Shown here: piece after piece, positions 58,718-64,000 of the stretch
Layout of the letters: every line of letters begins with the position of its first letter
Numbering within the stretch: position 1 is the stretch's first letter
Source of the DNA: an uncultured Pelagibacteraceae bacterium
GTDB taxonomy: Bacteria > Pseudomonadota > Alphaproteobacteria > Pelagibacterales > AG-422-B15
Reading direction: 5' to 3'
Assembly: GCA_902588785.1 (NCBI GenBank)
Contig: CACIQL010000002.1
Location: 57,087-121,086 of the forward strand
DNA: 64,000 nucleotides
Made by a program: the position numbers and the translations under genes
The notes under the pieces: model-generated
Database searches by the model: none
Told to the model about the DNA's origin: nothing
Seen by the model: the letters and a program-made list of their open reading frames with translations, nothing else

Positions 58718-60010
58718 TTAAAAATTTATCAATATATGCACATAGACACTTGCAAAGTATCCAATTGCAATAATTGGTGTCCATTTTAAATGACCAAAGA
58801 AAGTATACATACCTCTTGACTGACCCATTAAAGCAACGCCTGCTGCTGATCCAATAGACAACATACTGCCGCCAACACCAGCAGTTAAAGTAACAAGCAG
58901 CCATTGTGAGTCTGGCATCGCAGGTTCCATTGTTAATACTGCAAACATCACTGGAATATTATCTACAATAGCTGAGAGTATGCCAACTAAGACATTGGCA
59001 GTAGTTGCACCCAAGTCTGTGTACATAAATTCTGATACGTATTCTAGATAGCCTATGAATCCCAGGCCTCCAACCGACAGAATTACACCAAAGAAAAATA
59101 ATAATGTATCCCACTCAACACGAGCAACATTCTCGAAGAAGTCATATTTTTGCTCCTCAATGTCTTTAACACTAATTTTAATATAAAAACTGTAGAGCTG
59201 TAAGTATGCCAGACCAGTCATCATTCCAAACACTGGAGGAAGATGTAAAAAATTATGAAAACTTACAGCAGTCACAATTGTTAAAAGACCAAGTAGAATA
59301 ATTGTCTTTCCGCCATATTTGATTGTTACGCTTGTCTCTGCAACATCGGGCTTATGATCTGAAACAAAAAAGTGCATTATGCTTGCAGGAATAATATAAT
59401 TTACAACAGATGGAATAACCAAAGCAAAGAATTGTAAGAAGTCTAATTGACCAGCTTGCCATACCATTAAAGTTGTAATATCGCCAAAAGGACTAAATGC
59501 ACCACCTGCATTTGCAGCAACAACAATATTCACACAGGCTAATCCAACAAACTTAGGACTTGATGAACCTACAGCTACTACAACCGCACATAACACTAAA
59601 GCAGTTGTTAGATTATCAGCTAATGGAGACAAGAAAAATGCTAATACGCCTGTAATCCAAAATAATTGTCTGTAACTAAATTGATTTTTAATCAACCACG
59701 ACTTAAGAGAATTAAACACATTGCGTTCTTCAAGAGCATTTATATATGTCATCGCAACTAAGAGAAAAAAAGCAAGTTCTGTATATTCTAGAAAGCTGTG
59801 TCTAATTTCATGTTCAACCATTTCGTAATGAGGAGTGTTGGAATATGCAATTGCAATCATTCCCCATATTAAGCCAGCCGCAAGTACAACCGGTTTTGAT
59901 TTTCTTAAATGAGTGAATTCTTCTGCCATCACAAATGCATAAGCGATGACAAAGACAACTAAAGCTGAGAAACCAGCCCAGTGATAGGTTAAATCTAATG
60001 AGTGTTCCAT
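58718..60010 (-). CDS. NhaD/ArsB-superfamily ion transporter (Na+/H+ antiporter NhaD-like)
   Basis: 430 aa, polytopic. SAIVDNIPV and LSPLADNLTTA motifs. 16-nt overlap with the thiP 3' end. Confidence 0.75.
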   Translation of the reverse strand: MEHSLDLTYHWAGFSALVVFVIAYAFVMAEEFTHLRKSKPVVLAAGLIWGMIAIAYSNTPHYEMVEHEIRHSFLEYTELAFFLLVAMTYINALEERNVFNSLKSWLIKNQFSYRQLFWITGVLAFFLSPLADNLTTALVLCAVVVAVGSSSPKFVGLACVNIVVAANAGGAFSPFGDITTLMVWQAGQLDFLQFFALVIPSVVNYIIPASIMHFFVSDHKPDVAETSVTIKYGGKTIILLGLLTIVTAVSFHNFLHLPPVFGMMTGLAYLQLYSFYIKISVKDIEEQKYDFFENVARVEWDTLLFFFGVILSVGGLGFIGYLEYVSEFMYTDLGATTANVLVGILSAIVDNIPVMFAVLTMEPAMPDSQWLLVTLTAGVGGSMLSIGSAAGVALMGQSRGMYTFFGHLKWTPIIAIGYFASVYVHILINF

Positions 60011-61539
60011 AACTTACCTTTCATAAATACGTATGAAGCTCCAAAGTAACAGATGCAAAACATTAGCAATATTAGAGAAACTGAATATGCTTCATCCATC
60101 CTATAACTTCCCATAAGTCTATATATTGTTTGAGTTAGAGTTGACAAGCTATTCGTACCAAAAAAGGAAATGATAACGAGATCACTTGCAGATAATATTG
60201 AAGATACTGAGAAAGCGGTAATTATTGGTACTTTTAGTCTAGGAAAGTCAATAATTAGAAATCTCTGTAATCCATACATGTTGATACTTTTTGAGATGTC
60301 TTCATTCTCATGCGTAACTTTAAAGTAAGACGGTGCTAGAAAGTTATATGTAAATGGCAGCGAAAAAATTGCGTTTAGAACGATTACAATAAGAATATTC
60401 GGTATATCAAACAAGCTGATTTTAAATAATAAAATATAATATCCAACAGCCATTACAACTGGCGAAAATATAATAAGTGAATAAATCAATATTTCTGTAA
60501 AATATTTTTTGCGATAGATCAAATTAAGGTAGTTGAGAGCTACAAAAACTGAAATAGTTCCTGAAAAAAAACAAATCACAAATGTGTTATTTATTGCATG
60601 CCATAAATATGATGATGAAAATATATTTATTAGTTCTTTATTGAATCCATTTAAGATTATGAAGCATATCGGAGAAAAAATGAAAATAGAAATCAGTATT
60701 ATGAATATAATTTCAAAATAGAAAGAAAATCCTCTTTTTTTATTTTCATAAAAATTTCTTTTTTCATCAATTATAAAATTTGAACTTTTAAAATTTTTAA
60801 AGAAAGCAGCGTATATGAAAAGACATATTGATAATTGTATTAGCAATAAATTTAGGGCTGCATTAAAATTATTATTAAAAATTACAGAATAATAAATCGC
60901 TACTTCTAAAGTTGAATATTTTGGGCTTCCACCCAGAATTAAAACTGGGGTAAAGCTTACAAAGCATATAAAAAAGACAATAACAAAGAGACTGGGTATA
61001 TTTTTTTTTATAATAGGCCATTCAATAGCAAAGAAAATTCCTAACTTGTCCAAAGACATTTGTTTTGCAAGCATATATTCATTTGAACTGATATCATTTA
61101 GACTTTGAAATATAATTCTTGTTATTAATGGAGTGTTTAAAGTTGTATGACCAAGTAATATGCCAATTATTCCATAAATAGAAAAATATTGTCCGTAAAA
61201 TGTTAAGATACCCAATACTGATAATATTGTTGGTAATACAAATAAAATTGACAAAAAATTTACGATAAGTTTTATGGTTTTATGATGCCTGTGCCTTATT
61301 AATAAAAGTGCAAATACGGTACCTATTACTATAGAAAAAAAGGCAGAGGCAAATGATTGAAAGATTGTAAAAAAAATAATGGTAAAATAATAATTTGAGA
61401 AATTAAGTGTGAAACTAAAATTGTAATAATAAACTAAACTAAATACAGGCAACACAACTGCCGCTAAAACGAGAAAAAAAACTCCTATTGGAATTAAATT
61501 TTTTATATTAGCCTGCAATAGTCTCAAGCCAAGTTTCAA
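59995..61539 (-). CDS. thiP: Thiamine ABC transporter permease (duplicated-domain ThiP type)
   Basis: 514 aa with about 12 TM in two ABC-permease repeats. Lies immediately downstream of, and overlapping, thiB under a TPP riboswitch. Confidence 0.8.
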   Translation of the reverse strand: MKLGLRLLQANIKNLIPIGVFFLVLAAVVLPVFSLVYYYNFSFTLNFSNYYFTIIFFTIFQSFASAFFSIVIGTVFALLLIRHRHHKTIKLIVNFLSILFVLPTILSVLGILTFYGQYFSIYGIIGILLGHTTLNTPLITRIIFQSLNDISSNEYMLAKQMSLDKLGIFFAIEWPIIKKNIPSLFVIVFFICFVSFTPVLILGGSPKYSTLEVAIYYSVIFNNNFNAALNLLLIQLSICLFIYAAFFKNFKSSNFIIDEKRNFYENKKRGFSFYFEIIFIILISIFIFSPICFIILNGFNKELINIFSSSYLWHAINNTFVICFFSGTISVFVALNYLNLIYRKKYFTEILIYSLIIFSPVVMAVGYYILLFKISLFDIPNILIVIVLNAIFSLPFTYNFLAPSYFKVTHENEDISKSINMYGLQRFLIIDFPRLKVPIITAFSVSSILSASDLVIISFFGTNSLSTLTQTIYRLMGSYRMDEAYSVSLILLMFCICYFGASYVFMKGKLWNTH

Positions 61540-62404
61540 TTAATGGTTCAGACTCTAGAAATACTTTATAATCAATCTCTTTTGGTTTTATTAAATTTTT
61601 CATTTTTTCCGGAACTAGTTCAGTTTTATCAACTGATGGATACATAATGTTCATTGAAGATATTATTTTTTGAATTTCATCCTCAATAATGAAATCTATA
61701 AATTTTTTTGCAAGTTTTTGATTCATTGACTCCTCTCGAACATAAACAATCTCCCTTGTGGCTAAGTGACCCTCAGTAAAATTAAGTGACTTGTATTTGT
61801 ATTCATTTTCATATTCTTGGTGATAAAATGGTGAAGTGCTATAACTCAAAACAAGGTCTGCATTTCCTTCAAGAAAAATTCCATAAGCCTCAGACCATCC
61901 TGGCGAGTATGTTATTATATTTTGATCTAATTGTTTTAACTTATTAGAGAAGTCATCTTTAAATATTGATTTCATCCACCTTAACAAACCAATCCCAACT
62001 GGACTTGTACGAGGATCTTGCACAACGATTTTAAGATCTTCACGATTTACCAATTCATCAAAAGTTTTAGGTAGGTTAGTTAGTTTACTACTGTCATAAA
62101 TAAACGAAAAGAAACCATGATCATACTCATGCCAATCTTCAATTGAATAATTAAATTCGTGCATTTCTACGCCAAGAATCACATCCTTACCATTCAGAAA
62201 AATTTCATTATTTAAAGTACCTGCTTGACTGGTTGAGATGAATTGAAGATCGCAATTGCAAATTTTTTCAAACTTTTCTTCTATAATAGGTCCTGGCCCC
62301 CAATCAGCTGAGAAAGAGTCGTAGGTTCCAACAACCAATTTTTCTTGGGCAAAGGAGCTGTTTAAAAAAATAAAAAAAAATAAAATAATTGATATTTTCT
62401 GCAT
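61508..62404 (-). CDS. thiB: Thiamine/TPP-binding periplasmic protein
   Basis: 298 aa. Signal peptide, then GTYDSFSADWGPGP...CNCDLQF, QDPRTSPVGIGLL, GWSEAYGIFL, DLVLSYSTSP. The match to E. coli TbpA is close. Confidence 0.9.
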   Translation of the reverse strand: MQKISIILFFFIFLNSSFAQEKLVVGTYDSFSADWGPGPIIEEKFEKICNCDLQFISTSQAGTLNNEIFLNGKDVILGVEMHEFNYSIEDWHEYDHGFFSFIYDSSKLTNLPKTFDELVNREDLKIVVQDPRTSPVGIGLLRWMKSIFKDDFSNKLKQLDQNIITYSPGWSEAYGIFLEGNADLVLSYSTSPFYHQEYENEYKYKSLNFTEGHLATREIVYVREESMNQKLAKKFIDFIIEDEIQKIISSMNIMYPSVDKTELVPEKMKNLIKPKEIDYKVFLESEPLIETWLETIAG

Positions 62405-62485
62405 ATTTCCTCCGCTAGCATTATCTAGATCAGGTTTTGGGTCGTTCCGTTATTTGGAACCTCTCAGCAATAGCTCCCCATAATC
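62405..62485 (-). promoter_or_regulatory. TPP (THI-box) riboswitch in the thiB leader
   Basis: The minus strand reads GGGGAGC-TATTG-CTGAGA-GGTTCCAAATAACGGAAC-G-ACCC-AAA-ACCTGATCTAGATAATGCTAGCG-GAGGAAATATG. Every conserved THI-element block is present, and the 3' end runs into the SD-like GGAGGAAA and the start codon. Confidence 0.93.
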
Positions 62486-62493
62486 TTCAATCA

Positions 62494-62523
62494 ATTATAT
62501 ATTTATCATTCATCATTAATCAA
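62494..62523 (-). promoter_or_regulatory. Candidate promoter for the TPP-riboswitch/thiB transcript
   Basis: The minus strand has TTGATT (62523-62518), an 18-nt spacer, and TATAAT (62499-62494). The predicted start lies just 5' of the aptamer. Such matches are common by chance in AT-rich DNA. Confidence 0.35.
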
Positions 62524-62536
62524 ATATATTTTTGCA

Positions 62537-62971
62537 ATGCAAACTAACATATTAAAAAATATAAAAAACTATACCAAGGATACTGATCCTGGACCGTTCT
62601 CAAAAAATAATGGTTTTCTCTATAATTTAGAACTCGATGGAATTTTTTATAAAGGATTTACGGTTGAGGAAATTAATTGCAATAAAGCCGGTATAGCGCA
62701 TGGAGGTACACTGATTGCATTTGCAGATGGAATTATGGGGTATACTGCTTGGAAAAAAGACTCATTCCCGTGCTTAACTGCTAAACTAAACGCTAATTAT
62801 GTAGGTCCCGCTCCAAAAGGATCCTGGGTATATGGTTTTGCAGAAATTACGAGAGAAACAAAATCAATTTTATTTATGAAGTGTAACTTATTCATAGATG
62901 ATAAGATTATTTTTACATCAGACGGGATTTTTAAAATTTTAAGAAATCACGGAAAAAAGGATCCATCTTAA
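62537..62971 (+). CDS. PaaI-family (hotdog-fold) thioesterase
   Basis: 144 aa. NKAGIAHGGTLIAFADGIMG motif. Confidence 0.75.
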   Translation: MQTNILKNIKNYTKDTDPGPFSKNNGFLYNLELDGIFYKGFTVEEINCNKAGIAHGGTLIAFADGIMGYTAWKKDSFPCLTAKLNANYVGPAPKGSWVYGFAEITRETKSILFMKCNLFIDDKIIFTSDGIFKILRNHGKKDPS

Positions 62972-62973
62972 CA

Positions 62974-63918
62974 ATGTTTAATAAGAAAAATTTTAAAATT
63001 ATTAAAAATAAGAATATCGAAATCAATACATATATTGATGGAAAGGGTCCATTAGTAATAATGGCTCATGGGTGGCCAGAGTCATGGTATTCTTGGAGAC
63101 ATCAGATTACTTCTTTAGTTAAAAACGGTTTCAAAGTAGCAGTACCAGATATGAGAGGTTACGGAAAAACTTCAAAGCCAACTGAAATCGATGCTTACAA
63201 TATTATGGAGCTCACTTCAGATATTATTGCTATAGCAGATGAGATGAATGAAGATAATTTTTCTCTAATTGGACACGACTGGGGAGCGCCAGTTGCTTGG
63301 AATACGTCATTATATCATCCTGACCGAGTTAATAAAGTTTGTGGAATGAGTGTGCCATATGTAGTTTCAAAAATGCCACCGATTGAAACAATGAAATTTT
63401 TATTCAAAGACGTATTTTTTTATATGATTTATTTCCAAGAAGAGGGACGTGTCGAAAAGGAATTAGAGCAAGACATTAGAAAATCTTTGATTGCAGTATA
63501 TAGTTCTCTCACAAGCGATGGAGAAGAGTCACAAACTTTTGAACCTAAGCCGTATACAGATGAGATGACTTTCTTAGATTCACTTGGTGAACATAATAAA
63601 ATTCCTGATTTTATGTCAGAAGAGGATTTTGATTTTTATCTTAAAGAATTTGAAAATGGAGGAATGCGCGGACCAATTAACTGGTATCGAAACATTGACA
63701 AAAATTGGGAAATTACAAAAGATACTCATGAGAAAAAAATATCACCTCCTTCATGTTTTATTGTGGGCGAGCACGATCCTGTGGCTAAGTGGAGTTTGAT
63801 AAATCCAGCCCTACATGAAAACCTTGTCTCAAATCATATAATTAAAAATGCAGGTCATTGGGTACAACAGGAGAAGCCTGAAGAAGTAAATAATATACTA
63901 TTAGATTTTCTTAAATAG
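62974..63918 (+). CDS. Alpha/beta hydrolase, epoxide-hydrolase-like
   Basis: 314 aa. HGWPESWYSWRHQ (HGXP oxyanion motif), nucleophile elbow GHDWGA, C-terminal GHW. Confidence 0.8.
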   Translation: MFNKKNFKIIKNKNIEINTYIDGKGPLVIMAHGWPESWYSWRHQITSLVKNGFKVAVPDMRGYGKTSKPTEIDAYNIMELTSDIIAIADEMNEDNFSLIGHDWGAPVAWNTSLYHPDRVNKVCGMSVPYVVSKMPPIETMKFLFKDVFFYMIYFQEEGRVEKELEQDIRKSLIAVYSSLTSDGEESQTFEPKPYTDEMTFLDSLGEHNKIPDFMSEEDFDFYLKEFENGGMRGPINWYRNIDKNWEITKDTHEKKISPPSCFIVGEHDPVAKWSLINPALHENLVSNHIIKNAGHWVQQEKPEEVNNILLDFLK

Positions 63919-63959
63919 ATTGAAGATTTATCTGTTTTTAGATACATTCTCACTCGTTT

Positions 63960-64000
63960 CGGGGCGTAGCGCAGTCTGGTAGCGCATCTGGTTTGGGACC
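63960..64000 (+). tRNA. tRNA-Pro (anticodon UGG), 5' part only; truncated by the window end
   Basis: CGGGGCGTAGCGCAGTCTGGTAGCGC, then anticodon stem TCTGG and loop TTTGGGA. Confidence 0.8.

Noticed and set aside
62385-62498. A 9-nt inverted repeat (ataattgat at 62385-62393 and atcaattat at 62490-62498) that brackets the TPP aptamer, RBS and first codons of thiB. It could be a long-range helix.
   Set aside because: The upstream arm coincides with the predicted -10 region, so it is probably not transcribed. A 9-mer made almost entirely of A/T (a single G·C pair) is expected by chance in this composition.
55293-63959. A search for direct repeats of the tRNA-Glu or tRNA-Pro 3' ends (att-like sites), or for an integrase that would mark a classical genomic island.
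   Set aside because: I found no repeat longer than trivial AT-rich 8-mers (for example ttatctgt) and no integrase or transposase ORF. The island hypothesis is kept at low confidence only.
1-64000. A scan for CRISPR arrays, IS elements, rRNA, tmRNA/RNase P-sized non-coding gaps, and long direct or tandem repeats.
   Set aside because: Apart from the three gaps containing the tRNAs, the TPP riboswitch and the metY/rplM divergent region, no non-coding gap exceeds about 90 nt. I noticed no periodic repeat structure by eye. I cannot exclude short dispersed repeats without computation.

Overview
This 64-kb window is visibly AT-rich and extremely gene-dense. It holds about 70 protein genes, and most junctions are 0-20 nt or are overlapping ATGA/TAATG start-stop codons. 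Gene content and order resemble a streamlined marine alphaproteobacterium (SAR11/Pelagibacterales-like); this placement is inference only. Conserved blocks include gatCAB; spoT-pyrE-pdxJ-acpS-lepB-rnc-era-recO-parC; rpiB-glyA-nrdR-ribD-ribE-ribBX-ribH-nusB; bamE / cbp3-like-plsX-ihfA-merR-rpmG; ctaA; metY; rplM-rpsI; and argC-hom-glpX-recJ. Most of the window is core housekeeping. I saw no rRNA, CRISPR array, transposase, integrase or phage genes. RNA features are tRNA-Ser(GCU), tRNA-Glu(UUC), a partial tRNA-Pro(UGG), a textbook TPP riboswitch ahead of thiB, and a terminator-type leader ahead of metY. Three things deserve a second look. (1) Two essential single-copy genes, gatA and ribE, are each broken by exactly one extra A in a poly-A tract. 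(2) The 8.7-kb stretch between tRNA-Glu and tRNA-Pro is the only accessory-looking part. It carries an alternative oxidase in a tight operon with two uncharacterised proteins. It also carries a same-strand array running TPP riboswitch-thiB-thiP (no thiQ)-NhaD-type permease-glutathione peroxidase-cryptochrome/photolyase-like protein. (3) Several small regulatory oddities: a possibly leaderless rplM, and palindromes at the topA and aox promoter regions. No defence, toxin or mobile system is evident, and no finding here is proven novel from sequence alone.
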